From an uncultured Bacteroides sp. (GTDB lineage Bacteria > Bacteroidota > Bacteroidia > Bacteroidales > Muribaculaceae): a stretch of DNA of 47,086 bases. Of this stretch, positions 9,944-20,015 are shown one piece after another. A program made the translations under genes and the position numbers. The notes under the pieces are model-generated. The model had not been told where the DNA came from. It saw nothing but the letters and a program-made list of their open reading frames with translations, and did no database searches. Position 1 is the stretch's first letter. Every line of letters starts with the position of its first letter. The stretch is taken from the NCBI GenBank assembly GCA_964438665.1, contig CAYTLU010000165.1, positions 1 to 47,086 on the forward strand, read 5' to 3'.

Positions 9944-10492
9944 TTAGCGGACGGCCATAAAAGCACGGTCGGCCACCGTCTGCTGATATGCTAAAACTCC
10001 GGGCTGCGACAATTCGACAACAACTTTTCCGCCATCGGCATCAGGCAGAGCCACATGCGTATCATCGACAAACGTCATCAGCTCATAAGTCTGGCCGTCG
10101 GCCTTGACATACCATGTCTGATTGCTTTCCTCAAAATCCAGACGGACAACGCTTCCATCATTCTCCGAAGTCACAGTGTAGCCCTTGCCGTCACACTCAA
10201 CGATATAGCGTCCATCCTGACCGTCAATCACCTTCTTGCCCTGCGCCATAGGATTGGAGCCGCTCCAGAACTCAATGCTGTTCAACACCAACACATCAGC
10301 AAGCGCCGACACTTCATAGACAGGAAGAATCCAGAAAGCAAAGAACACCAGCTCATTGACAAATTTGTTACCCACCTGCTTGTTCCAGGTCAGAAGCTTG
10401 TTGGTCAGCGAAAAACTGCCTATACATGATGTTGCGACAAAGCTTGCGCACACAATCAGCACTGTTGCCACTGTTAAATACCTTTTCTTCAT
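9944..10492 (-). CDS. DUF3332-family lipoprotein
   Basis: Lipobox (VATS-C); CIGSFSLTNKLLTWN...NELVF and DVLVLNSIEFWSGSNP are typical of DUF3332. Confidence 0.85.
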   Translation of the reverse strand: MKKRYLTVATVLIVCASFVATSCIGSFSLTNKLLTWNKQVGNKFVNELVFFAFWILPVYEVSALADVLVLNSIEFWSGSNPMAQGKKVIDGQDGRYIVECDGKGYTVTSENDGSVVRLDFEESNQTWYVKADGQTYELMTFVDDTHVALPDADGGKVVVELSQPGVLAYQQTVADRAFMAVR

Positions 10493-10552
10493 CTCTCGTT
10501 TGTTTATTCCTGATTAATACTTCTTAATTGAAACTATATGATGATAACACCG

Positions 10553-11980
10553 CTACATAGGAATTTGTTTTTTTGCCTTTTCATAGCAGGCCATCACTTT
10601 CTGTACATATTCATAGGTCTGCCTGCCACGGAAATAACCGTAGCGGCACACAGGGTCATTATAATATTCCGGATTCGACTTCAACATCAGCGCATCCGCA
10701 ACACTCCCATCCCACACATCCGACGGATGTCCTATCTTCTTTGCAATCGCTATTGCATCCAGAATATGCGCCAGCCCTGAATTGTAGGCAGCAAGTATGA
10801 ACTTCAGCCTCTCGGTCGGATTTTTCACATGAGAAGACAGAGACTTGTTAAGCGACTGAAATACCTTGACCGCCACCTCGACATTCGCCTCATTGTTTGT
10901 TATGCGGTCACCTGTCAGCCCGAACGCTCTTGCCGTGGCAGGCATAAGCTGCATCATGCCGCGCGCTCCTGCCCATGACACCTGCGTTGAATCATAGTGG
11001 CTTTCGACATATCCGACCGCAGACAGTAGCCGCCAGTCCCAACCCAGTTTGCGGGCATGTCTCCGGAACAAGCCGTCATACGGCGACATTCGTCCTTTGG
11101 AGAAATCAACAACGAAAGCCATTCCCGGCGAACCGCTGTCTTTGCTGCGTTCAAAATAGCGTTTCAACAGCGTTGCACGCTGCCGTGATGGAGCTTCCTG
11201 ACGCGACCATTCGCTGATTGTATCGGCCAGCCACTTCTGCGAAGGAGCTACGGCCCACGCCGACCGCTGAGGGAAACCGACCTGAAGCGAGACATCGATA
11301 TTGGGATAATACGACTTGTTCAGCCCGGCAATATCGCTGTCAACCACCGTCAGCGGAATCTCGCCGTCAGAAACCATAGCAATAAGGTCCTCAGTTATCA
11401 AAGTGTCTTTTTCAACCGGCCTGATATCGATTCCACCGCCAAGTTCATCATTAAGATTTTTCATGCGGTGGAAATATTTTGAGCCGTTCTCAACGTAAAC
11501 CGCACGTCCGACCAACTCTGTCACATCCTTTATCCGCTTATCGGCCGTTGTTTTGGGCTGTACCAGCACCTGATGAGTGATATTCTCCACTCCGCACGGA
11601 ACTACATGCTCCAGGTATTCTGCCGTGACAGGCACTTCGTAGGCCAAAAGATCAATCTTTCCGGAATCCAGCATCTCAACAGCCTGCGCCAGATTATTTG
11701 CAAGGACAAGATCTATTGCCATTCCCTTGTCCTCGCCAAGACGCTTGACCAGATCATAATCATAGCCCATCTCAACCTCACGATAAATGAAATAGGACGT
11801 TGGGCTGTAAAGCGTTCCGACGCGCAGAGTGTCAGGCAATCGGTGATGCTTCACGCTATCGGAATCAACCGCAGCCGCTCCGGACGACTGCATCCCTGAG
11901 GATGAACCGCCCCCGCATCCGGGCATCACAAAAACAAACAGGAACGCCACTAACGCATAAAAGGCAACGTTCCGTCCCAT
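10553..11980 (-). CDS. mltF: MltF-like lytic transglycosylase (SBP_bac_3 + SLT domains), lipoprotein
   Basis: Lipobox MPGC. SBP domain (SYFIYR..MGYDYDL). SLT motifs YVESHYD, GARGMMQLMP and AAYNSG. Confidence 0.88.
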   Translation of the reverse strand: MGRNVAFYALVAFLFVFVMPGCGGGSSSGMQSSGAAAVDSDSVKHHRLPDTLRVGTLYSPTSYFIYREVEMGYDYDLVKRLGEDKGMAIDLVLANNLAQAVEMLDSGKIDLLAYEVPVTAEYLEHVVPCGVENITHQVLVQPKTTADKRIKDVTELVGRAVYVENGSKYFHRMKNLNDELGGGIDIRPVEKDTLITEDLIAMVSDGEIPLTVVDSDIAGLNKSYYPNIDVSLQVGFPQRSAWAVAPSQKWLADTISEWSRQEAPSRQRATLLKRYFERSKDSGSPGMAFVVDFSKGRMSPYDGLFRRHARKLGWDWRLLSAVGYVESHYDSTQVSWAGARGMMQLMPATARAFGLTGDRITNNEANVEVAVKVFQSLNKSLSSHVKNPTERLKFILAAYNSGLAHILDAIAIAKKIGHPSDVWDGSVADALMLKSNPEYYNDPVCRYGYFRGRQTYEYVQKVMACYEKAKKQIPM

Positions 11981-13146
11981 CAGTATTCAAACTCGCCTTT
12001 TTCGCTGATGATAGTAAGACGGTTGGCCGGTGCGTCCTCCACTCGTCCGACGATTCTGGCATCTATGCCGAACGAACGCGAAATTTCAATTACACGATCG
12101 GCATGCGCCGCCGGAAGATAGATTTCCATACGATGTCCCATGTTGAACACCTTATACATTTCCGACCAGTCAGTACCGCTTTGCTGCTGAATCAGTTCAA
12201 AAAGCGGTGGAACAGGAAACAGATTGTCTTTTATCACATGCTTGTTCTCGACAAAATGCATCACCTTTGTCTGCGCCCCGCCGGAGCAATGCACCATGCC
12301 ATGAATTGCAGGTCGCATCTCATCAAGCATTCTCTTTATCACCGGAGCGTAGGTACGCGTTGCCGAAAGCACAAGCCGCCCGGCATCCAACGGAGTCCCG
12401 TCAACCGCATCGGTCAACCGTTTTCCTCCGGAATATACCAAATCTTCAGGCACTGCCGCATCATAGCTTTCAGGATATTTCTCGGCCAGATATTTGTCAA
12501 AAACGTCATGGCGCGCAGAAGTCAGGCCGTTGCTGCCCATTCCTCCGTTGTATTCGGATTCATAAGTGGCTTGTCCGTACGATTCCAGACCGACAATCAC
12601 ATCTCCGGCCGAAATATTTGCGTTGTCAATGACATCTGACCGCTTCATGCGGCATGTGACCGTGCTATCTACAATGATTGTGCGGACCAGATCGCCGACA
12701 TCGGCCGTTTCCCCGCCGGTACTGTAAACGCTCACACCCAACTCGCGGAGAGAAGCCAAGAGTTCTTCAGTTCCGTTTATAATCGCCGAGATCACCTCGC
12801 CGGGCACCAACAACTTGTTGCGTCCGATAGTAGAACTGACAAGAATATTATCGGTAGCCCCTACACAAAGCAGATCATCGATATTCATGATGAGGGCATC
12901 CTGCGCTATTCCCTTCCACACGCTCAGATCTCCTGTCTCGCGCCAGTACATGTAGGCCAGAGATGATTTGGTTCCTGCGCCGTCAGCATGCATTATGTTG
13001 CAATACTCGGGATCTCCGCCAAGGATATCAGGGATTATCTTACAGAAAGCCTTGGGAAATATACCTTTGTCAATATTTTTAATCGCATTGTGGACATCCT
13101 CTTTCGATGCCGAAACGCCTCTCAGATTATATCTTCTGTCGCTCAT
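11980..13146 (-). CDS. purM: Phosphoribosylformylglycinamidine cyclo-ligase (AIR synthase), Bacteroidota type
   Basis: RGVSASKEDVH, HADGAGTKS, GGETADVGD and MYKVFNMGHRME motifs. Stop overlaps the mltF start (TGATG). Confidence 0.93.
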   Translation of the reverse strand: MSDRRYNLRGVSASKEDVHNAIKNIDKGIFPKAFCKIIPDILGGDPEYCNIMHADGAGTKSSLAYMYWRETGDLSVWKGIAQDALIMNIDDLLCVGATDNILVSSTIGRNKLLVPGEVISAIINGTEELLASLRELGVSVYSTGGETADVGDLVRTIIVDSTVTCRMKRSDVIDNANISAGDVIVGLESYGQATYESEYNGGMGSNGLTSARHDVFDKYLAEKYPESYDAAVPEDLVYSGGKRLTDAVDGTPLDAGRLVLSATRTYAPVIKRMLDEMRPAIHGMVHCSGGAQTKVMHFVENKHVIKDNLFPVPPLFELIQQQSGTDWSEMYKVFNMGHRMEIYLPAAHADRVIEISRSFGIDARIVGRVEDAPANRLTIISEKGEFEY

Positions 13147-13175
13147 GTTTTTTCGTTTATTATATATCCTACATC

Positions 13176-14036
13176 TCACGCACCCTGAATCAAGGTGAAC
13201 GCCTCGAAAAATCTCAGTATCGCAATCATTATCACTATCGCCGGCGCGACAAACAGCAAGGAGTCGATACGGTCAAGGACACCGCCGTGTCCGGGAATGA
13301 TATTGCCGCTGTCCTTAACCCCATACGTTCGTTTAACCATTGATTCAAACAAATCTCCCCACGTTGACATAACGCTGACCACTGCCCCGATAGCACAAAG
13401 CGCCATCGAACTATAGTTTTGAAAACAGTCCGGAAATACGGTTTTGGCGGCATATCCGCAAGCAATGGCGGCAATCAGTCCGCCGAAGAAGCCTTCCCAT
13501 GATTTTTTCGGCGACAACCGCTCAAAAAGCCTGTGACTGCCGAGAGTCGAGCCGACCAGGAAAGCGCCTGTATCATTAAGCCATATCATCACGAACATCA
13601 ACAGCAGTATATATGGGTTCATGACATTGAGCAAAGCGGCAAACGAAAGCGGAACGGCAACATAAACCACCGACATTATCGACATCCCGATATGGCGCAC
13701 CGGATTTGAGTGATGGCAATACAGCTCCATTACCATTCTGAAAATCACCATCACAATCACAAAAATGAACAGAAACGAATCGAATGGAGCATAGGCTGTC
13801 AGATAAAGCGCAACGAATGCCGGCATCGACAGTCCTATCAGCAAATCGACAAAAAGCGTGCGGGGCGACTTATAGAAATCGTCCTGCGACATCTTCTGAA
13901 ATTCAATAATGCCTATAATAGCAAACAGGCAGCAAAGCGATGGAAACGCCCATACCGGACCGAAGATAGAGCCTACGATCAACCCGACATAGACCGCACC
14001 TGAAAGCGCGCGCACCGCTACATTCTTTGCATTCAC
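13176..14036 (-). CDS. cdsA: Phosphatidate cytidylyltransferase
   Basis: IWLNDTGAF, LSPKKSWEG and GDLFESMVKR..GVKDSG..IPGHGGVLDRIDS motifs. GTG start. Confidence 0.96.
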   Translation of the reverse strand: MNAKNVAVRALSGAVYVGLIVGSIFGPVWAFPSLCCLFAIIGIIEFQKMSQDDFYKSPRTLFVDLLIGLSMPAFVALYLTAYAPFDSFLFIFVIVMVIFRMVMELYCHHSNPVRHIGMSIMSVVYVAVPLSFAALLNVMNPYILLLMFVMIWLNDTGAFLVGSTLGSHRLFERLSPKKSWEGFFGGLIAAIACGYAAKTVFPDCFQNYSSMALCAIGAVVSVMSTWGDLFESMVKRTYGVKDSGNIIPGHGGVLDRIDSLLFVAPAIVIMIAILRFFEAFTLIQGA

Positions 14037-14070
14037 AACGATAAAGGATTTATGGTATTAATTAGGTTGA

Positions 14071-14129
14071 AAAAAATACTGAAACTGTCAGAAAGCCGAT
14101 TGCACACCAACAGGCTTTCCGACAGTCTC
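14071..14129 (-). terminator. Probable intrinsic terminator after the TPR gene
   Basis: Inverted repeat ACTGTCGGAAAGCC...GGCTTTCTGACAGT on the minus strand, followed shortly by T7. Confidence 0.6.
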
Positions 14130-14179
14130 GTTATCAGTTCTTCTCACTGATTTTATGAAATATCAGTGGGAATGCCATC

Positions 14180-15820
14180 TTACTTCTGCAAATTTTCAAG
14201 CTGCTGCTTTAAATTTGAATTTTCCGGATCTACTTCCAGACCTTTCTGCACCATTTCAAGAGCTTTAGCCTTGTCAGTGTGTGAGTAGTGAATGGCGAGA
14301 AGGGTGTAGGTCGAAGGCAGATAGGGCTTTGCGCTTGCCTTTGTTGATTCGGAAGAAGCCTCAAGCTTGCTGAGCATCGTTTCAAGAGCCGCAGCCGATT
14401 CATCGTTCATGGCATTGCCGTTTCTGGAGTAGAGCAGAATGCCTTTCTGATAGTAGTAATAGTAGTGGTTCAGAGCTTTTTCAATTGCCAGATTAAGATA
14501 TTTCAAAGCATTGTCAAAGCTTGCCTTTGCAGCTTCCGGAGATGTCTTCACTTCTTCACGTGCTTTTGCAAAATAGCTGGAATAAGCCTGGAAATAATCA
14601 CTGGCATCAGCCGCACCTGAATCGAGGAATGCCATCTGCACTTCAATAGCCTTGTCACTGTTGCCTGAAAGGTTATATGCCTTGCTGAGCATCGGAATGA
14701 GTTCCTTCGAACGCTCCGGTTTATCCTTAAATGACTCGATGCCTTTTTCCAGCACCGTAACAGCTTCGGGAGCGCGGTCAAGAGTCATGAGGTTGCGGCT
14801 ATAAACCTTATAGTCGTTCAGTGTCAGTTCATCCAGCTTTGGTGAATTGAACAGCTTTTCGCCGTTTTCAACTGCCAACTCCGGTTTTTCGGTAGCGTCA
14901 TAGTTGACCATCAGCAAACGATATGCATAGGGATTGCCGGGATCCTGGCTGAGAACGCTTTCGGCATACTTGATCGATTCGTCATACTGCTTTGCAGAGA
15001 ATGCAAGAGCCGAATAACGCTGCTCGTCACGACGGAAGTGGTTGGGGTTCTGCACATATTTTGCATAAGAACGCCATGCATCATCATATTTTCCATCATT
15101 ATAATAGATCTCAGCAAGCTCACGCTGCGCCAGTCCGGAATTCGGTTCAAGCTGGTTCAGTTCTTCAAGCTTCTCAAGAACCAATGGACGGTTGTGGTAG
15201 TCATAGACATGAGCATATTTCACATAACCCTCGCGGTTCACGATGCCTTTCTCCTTGTCCATGTTGATAGCCATCTCATAGAGACCGGCAGCTTCGCCCG
15301 GATCGCGCTTGGCAGCCATATCGCCCTGAAGCATATAGACGGCCGACTCCGTGTTTTTTGATTCCTTGAACGCCTTCTTGATCATGTTTTCGATCTCCTT
15401 GTTGTATTCCACAGGATCAACGTTCCAATAAGCGCGCGCCACGGCCGCCATCACTTCCGTGTTCTTTTTATTCAGCTTGATAGCCTGATCGAACAGTTTT
15501 TTTGCAGCGTGTTCGTCACCGCTCTGGAGAGCGCACTGTCCCAGACCAACAATATTATAGGCATATCCGGGTTTGACCTTATATCCTTTTTCATAGTTGG
15601 CCTTTGCAGCTGCGTAATCCTTTTCGTTAAATGCTATATTGCCAAGATAGAAATATGACACCGCCTTGTCTGTCGAAGGATCATTGATAGTGTTGGTCAA
15701 AATCTCCTTGGCAATGTCTAAACGGTCGGCGTTATAGTTGTCAACGCCATCCTGATAACCTTGTGCCGAAGCTGCCAGAGACGCTCCGAGCATGAGTGAA
15801 AACAGAAATCTCAATTTCAT
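14180..15820 (-). CDS. Exported tetratricopeptide-repeat protein
   Basis: Signal peptide (…AASA|Q) and repeated TPR-like helices (SYFYLGNIAF, YEKGYKVKP, ALEMVQKGLEVDPEN). Confidence 0.88.
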   Translation of the reverse strand: MKLRFLFSLMLGASLAASAQGYQDGVDNYNADRLDIAKEILTNTINDPSTDKAVSYFYLGNIAFNEKDYAAAKANYEKGYKVKPGYAYNIVGLGQCALQSGDEHAAKKLFDQAIKLNKKNTEVMAAVARAYWNVDPVEYNKEIENMIKKAFKESKNTESAVYMLQGDMAAKRDPGEAAGLYEMAINMDKEKGIVNREGYVKYAHVYDYHNRPLVLEKLEELNQLEPNSGLAQRELAEIYYNDGKYDDAWRSYAKYVQNPNHFRRDEQRYSALAFSAKQYDESIKYAESVLSQDPGNPYAYRLLMVNYDATEKPELAVENGEKLFNSPKLDELTLNDYKVYSRNLMTLDRAPEAVTVLEKGIESFKDKPERSKELIPMLSKAYNLSGNSDKAIEVQMAFLDSGAADASDYFQAYSSYFAKAREEVKTSPEAAKASFDNALKYLNLAIEKALNHYYYYYQKGILLYSRNGNAMNDESAAALETMLSKLEASSESTKASAKPYLPSTYTLLAIHYSHTDKAKALEMVQKGLEVDPENSNLKQQLENLQK

Positions 15821-15900
15821 GATTTTGGTTTATTTGTTAGGTTTGTTCTTATTTTTGTAATTATATAATGCTTAGATTGATCTTCATTCGTTCGGTTTAA

Positions 15901-16887
15901 TCACAATTCGACAAACTGTGTTGAAATCACTTTCGGACAGACACCTGTCGATAGAATGACTTTCTGTCCGACCACCCCGGTCACAAACGTATAGAAACTG
16001 TGTCCCACCGAATTTGGGGTGCTTGTTGAGATCAGATAGATCTGCCGGTAGTAGGGATATGTGCCTTGGAATATATTATATTGTGTCGGCAGATATGTTT
16101 CCACTTTGTCCTTTGGCTGGACAGCAAGCACCTTGACATCCGTAGAGAAAGATGCCATTGCAGTCGTGTCATTGACATCGCTGATGCGCGCAAGATCCTC
16201 ACCGCTCAACTCTGCCCCGCTCATGTCGGCAGAAAGCCAGCTGACTCCGATAACGCCGATTGCATTTTTACGCTTCGCAACAAGATCGAACACGGCGCGT
16301 GGTGTTTTCTGTGCATAAACATTCTTGCCGAACTCAGCTCCGTTGATCAACGAATCGCGCATATAGCGTGTGGCCGAAGATCCCTGATGGTCAAACGCAA
16401 CAACTATATCGCCCAGCTTGTCACCGCCGGGAACGATTTTGTCCCACGTTGTAAATTTTCCGGTCAGTATATCGACAAGATCCTGATTATCGATAAACTC
16501 CATCGGATTCTCGGGATTGACAATCAGAGCCACAGCATCAACGGCAATCGCCTCCTGATGGACAGCGCGATGATTCTTGTTCAGATACTCAATCTCTTCT
16601 TTATCGAGCGGGCGTGAGGTCACCGCCATACGCACCTTGTTGTCGATATTCAAGAGCGAATCGATCGCCGCATCCTCATCGACATAAAGATCCATCACAT
16701 TCGAACCCGGGTATTTGTATTCAAACACCTGGATTTCCTGTTCAAGGACATTGCGGAACGTTGCATCACAAGCCACAACTGCCGCGCCCTTATGATATCC
16801 GCCTGTCTGGGTGTTGCCACACGAGCAGCAGAGCGTGACCGCAATTGCAGCCACGCAACCCAATGTTATATTCTTTACCGGATTCAT
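15901..16887 (-). CDS. PstS-like (PBP_like_2) substrate-binding lipoprotein
   Basis: Lipobox (LCCS-C); IAVDAVALIVNPENP, AIGVIGVSW and GTYPYYRQIY motifs. Start placed at MNPVKN (16887). Confidence 0.85.
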   Translation of the reverse strand: MNPVKNITLGCVAAIAVTLCCSCGNTQTGGYHKGAAVVACDATFRNVLEQEIQVFEYKYPGSNVMDLYVDEDAAIDSLLNIDNKVRMAVTSRPLDKEEIEYLNKNHRAVHQEAIAVDAVALIVNPENPMEFIDNQDLVDILTGKFTTWDKIVPGGDKLGDIVVAFDHQGSSATRYMRDSLINGAEFGKNVYAQKTPRAVFDLVAKRKNAIGVIGVSWLSADMSGAELSGEDLARISDVNDTTAMASFSTDVKVLAVQPKDKVETYLPTQYNIFQGTYPYYRQIYLISTSTPNSVGHSFYTFVTGVVGQKVILSTGVCPKVISTQFVEL

Positions 16888-16926
16888 TTCTATATCACTG
16901 TGTCTGTTGTCAAGGTTGAAAAACAA

Positions 16927-17166
16927 TCAATAGCGCGTTGTCACATCTTCGTCAATTCCCTTGAACTGACGGTAGCCGCGCCAAAATCCATAAAGGATGA
17001 ACACTACGCCGCCCACCCATCTGAGCCATTCAAAATTACCGGTCAGCGTTGGGAAAAAGCCTATAAGACACAATATCCCTACAGCTACGAAAGCGACCAT
17101 CATCACAATTCCGAATATATTGCGCATCATGCGCGGCATTTTGCTAATTCCTTTTTCAGTTTCCAT
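16927..17166 (-). CDS. Small two-TM membrane protein
   Basis: Two hydrophobic helices ending in GVVFILYGFWRGYRQ. AT-rich leader; first gene of the PstS-like/TPR unit. Confidence 0.75.
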   Translation of the reverse strand: METEKGISKMPRMMRNIFGIVMMVAFVAVGILCLIGFFPTLTGNFEWLRWVGGVVFILYGFWRGYRQFKGIDEDVTTRY

Positions 17167-17362
17167 AAACTACATTTTTATTAAAGTCCTTTTAAACTTT
17201 AACAGTTGCAGCAGCGTAATGTTCGGCTATCTGCCGTTCATTGCAATTCGGAGGTAAAGTTAAATAAAATTGTTAACAAAAAAGCAAGTCATCCAACTAT
17301 TTTATCATCCCGGCGATGTTTTTATTTTATATTAACACGGCATTACGCCATTTTTTCATAAG

Positions 17363-17393
17363 TTTGTAATTCTTTTATCATACCATACATTTG
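17363..17393 (+). promoter_or_regulatory. Canonical Bacteroidota promoter for rarA (TTTG-N19-TACATTTG)
   Basis: -33 TTTG at 17363-66 and -7 TACATTTG at 17386-93. Confidence 0.75.
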
Positions 17394-17422
17394 ACAAACT
17401 CTCATCAGACTGCATCCCAACA

Positions 17423-18721
17423 ATGAACCTGCCTCTTGCCGAACGACTGCGCCCGAAAACAATCGATGATTACGTAGGACAGACACATATTGCCGGAGCA
17501 GGAGCAATCCTGCGCCGCATGATCGAATCCGGCAATATCTCATCGTTTATCCTGTGGGGACCGCCCGGTGTAGGGAAAACCACTCTTGCCAAAATCATTG
17601 CCAACACGACAAACGCTCCGTTCTACACGCTCAGCGCAGTGCATTCCGGAGTGAAGGACGTGCGTGAAGTGATCGAACGCTGCAAGGCCGATGCAGCCAG
17701 CATGTTTGTCACCCACCGCCCGATCCTGTTCATAGATGAGATTCACCGTTTCAACAAATCGCAGCAGGACAGTCTGTTGGCAGCAGTTGAAAATGGGACT
17801 GTGACACTGATCGGAGCCACGACTGAGAATCCATCGTTTGAAGTGATCCGTCCGTTGCTTTCACGCGCTCAGGTCTATACACTCAATCCTCTCTCCGACA
17901 CAGAGCTAAACACACTTTTCCAGCGTGCAATCACCGATGATCCAATCCTTGCAGGGCATGGCGTGGAGGTGGAAAGCACATCCGCCCTATTCCGGTTTGC
18001 CGGAGGCGATGCCCGCAAACTGCTCAACATTCTCGACCTTCTCGAACAGGCCACACCGGAAGGCAAGCCGATAAAGATAACCGATGAGATCGTCACCAGC
18101 AGCCTTCAGAAAAACCCGGCTGCATATGACAAAAACGGAGAAATGCACTACGACATAATCTCCGCATTCATCAAATCGCTGCGGGGCAGCGATCCGGATG
18201 CCGCCATCTATTGGCTTGCACGGATGATCGAGGGCGGCGAAGAACCGGAATTTATCGGACGCCGCATGATCATTTTCGCCGCAGAGGATATCGGCCTTGC
18301 CAATCCCACCGCCCTGCTTCTCGCCAACACCACTTTCGATGTGATCCACAAAGTAGGTTGGCCGGAAGCGCGCATCCCGCTGGCTCAGTGTACGGTCTAT
18401 CTCGCCAACTCACCCAAGAGCAATTCAGCCTATATGGCGATAGATGCCGCACTGGAACTGGTCCGCTCAACAGGCAACCAACCTGTGCCTCTCCACCTGC
18501 GCAACGCCCCGACAAAACTCATGGCCGACATGGGCTACGGACATAACTATCTGTATCCCCACAATTATCCGGGCAATTTCATCCACCAGCAATATATGCC
18601 TGACACGTTGGGGCATCCGACATTCTGGCATCCGGCCAACAATCCCAACGAAGCCCGCGCAGCACAGCTGCAATACGCCCGCTGGCACGGCAATGAAGGC
18701 GAAAAATCGCAACAAGAATAA
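17423..18721 (+). CDS. rarA: Replication-associated recombination protein A (MgsA/RarA AAA+ ATPase)
   Basis: PLAERLRP, WGPPGVGKTT, FIDEIHRFNKSQQD, GATTENPSFE and ISAFIKSLRGSDPDAA motifs. Confidence 0.97.
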   Translation: MNLPLAERLRPKTIDDYVGQTHIAGAGAILRRMIESGNISSFILWGPPGVGKTTLAKIIANTTNAPFYTLSAVHSGVKDVREVIERCKADAASMFVTHRPILFIDEIHRFNKSQQDSLLAAVENGTVTLIGATTENPSFEVIRPLLSRAQVYTLNPLSDTELNTLFQRAITDDPILAGHGVEVESTSALFRFAGGDARKLLNILDLLEQATPEGKPIKITDEIVTSSLQKNPAAYDKNGEMHYDIISAFIKSLRGSDPDAAIYWLARMIEGGEEPEFIGRRMIIFAAEDIGLANPTALLLANTTFDVIHKVGWPEARIPLAQCTVYLANSPKSNSAYMAIDAALELVRSTGNQPVPLHLRNAPTKLMADMGYGHNYLYPHNYPGNFIHQQYMPDTLGHPTFWHPANNPNEARAAQLQYARWHGNEGEKSQQE

Positions 18722-18790
18722 AAAAATTGCACCGGAGCATGTCACAAATTGCATCTGTCAGGAGTCATCAAAATAAACAGCATAGACTAA

Positions 18791-19282
18791 ATGGACTCCG
18801 AGCAATTCCGAAATACGGTGATGCCTCTGCAAAAAGTAATGTTCCGCGTTGCACTCCACATCATGGGAAACGCAGATGATGCCTGCGACGCCATCCAGGA
18901 CACACTTGAAAAACTTTGGATAAAGCGCAGCTCCCTCTCATGCGTTGAAAACGCAAGTGCCTACTGCATCGGTGTTCTCAAAAATCAATGCCTGACGATG
19001 CTTAGACAGACAAGGGTCACGGACTCGACCGACAAACTTCCGGACCACACCGACTCAACCGATCTATTCAGTCAAGTGGAAGCCCGCGACAACATCGACC
19101 GGATCAGGCGCATAATAGCCTCCTTGCCGGAAACACAGCGGCGTGTAGCCGAACTGAGCATATTCTCGCAATGTTCCAACACCGAGATATGTTCGATAAC
19201 AGGAATGACCGACCAGAATGTGCGCGCCAACCTTTCTCGCGCACGCCATAGAATCAAAGAATTGTTCACCGAAAAAATATAA
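18791..19282 (+). CDS. ECF RNA polymerase sigma-70 factor
   Basis: 163 aa. Region 2 (DACDAIQDTLEKLW) and region 4 (LPETQR…EICSITGMTDQNVRANLSRAR). Confidence 0.92.
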   Translation: MDSEQFRNTVMPLQKVMFRVALHIMGNADDACDAIQDTLEKLWIKRSSLSCVENASAYCIGVLKNQCLTMLRQTRVTDSTDKLPDHTDSTDLFSQVEARDNIDRIRRIIASLPETQRRVAELSIFSQCSNTEICSITGMTDQNVRANLSRARHRIKELFTEKI

Positions 19283-19286
19283 TGCG

Positions 19287-20015
19287 ATGAATGCTGCCGA
19301 CAAACTCAGAAAACTTCTTGATGCCTATTACGAGGGCGTTTCCACTCCCGCCGACATCGAGACCATACAACGACTGTTCGATCAGCTGCCCGAACTGCCC
19401 GAAGACCTTGTCGCCGACAAGGAAATATTCGAGGCGTTTGCTGCCGAATCGCTTGACTCTACGCCATGTCCTCCCCATCTTGAAACAATGATGGATGAGA
19501 CAATCAACAGTCTGGCCGCCAAAGAATCCGCCGGGACACAGCAGCCGCATCTGTTGTGGGTCAAAATCGCGTCAATCGCGGCTGCTGTAGCCGTCATTAT
19601 TGGGATCAGTTTTACAGTTATCCACCACAACAGGCTCGACATCTCACAAGCTCCAAATCCCGATCTAATGACACTACAAATCAGCCAGCCGGGAAAAGAA
19701 GACACCAAGGTCATTACCGAACCCGGTCGGACAGATGCAGACTCAACAATTGTCGGAGATATCAAACCGGAACACAAACTTGCAGATCCATCAACCAAGC
19801 ATCCTACAACTGTCAATCCGACAAATGCAACGGCAAAACAACCGGTCAAAAAATCCGATATAAAAGTCATTACCGATCCGGCTGAAGCAGAGAAGAATAC
19901 ACTTTTGGCATTCAATTGCCTGTCGAAAGGGCTGAACAGCGCGCGCGAAGCCACCCGACAGACCGATGAAACAATAAAAGAAATAAATCAAAAACTAAAA
20001 ATCATATTGAAATGA
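19287..20015 (+). CDS. Putative single-pass anti-sigma factor
   Basis: Starts 4 nt after the sigma stop. N-terminus LLDAYYEGVST, TM helix (SIAAAVAVIIGISF), low-complexity linker, C-terminal helix (ITDPAEA…LSKGLN). Confidence 0.7.
   Translation: MNAADKLRKLLDAYYEGVSTPADIETIQRLFDQLPELPEDLVADKEIFEAFAAESLDSTPCPPHLETMMDETINSLAAKESAGTQQPHLLWVKIASIAAAVAVIIGISFTVIHHNRLDISQAPNPDLMTLQISQPGKEDTKVITEPGRTDADSTIVGDIKPEHKLADPSTKHPTTVNPTNATAKQPVKKSDIKVITDPAEAEKNTLLAFNCLSKGLNSAREATRQTDETIKEINQKLKIILK

Noticed and set aside
14448..14468. TAG/TAA triplet run encoding HYYYYY in the TPR gene
   Set aside because: Short, in frame and imperfect; not a credible phase-variable repeat.
17270..17279. Perfect palindrome TTGTTAACAA between divergent promoters
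   Set aside because: A 10-bp AT-rich palindrome is expected by chance, and I cannot assign a regulator.
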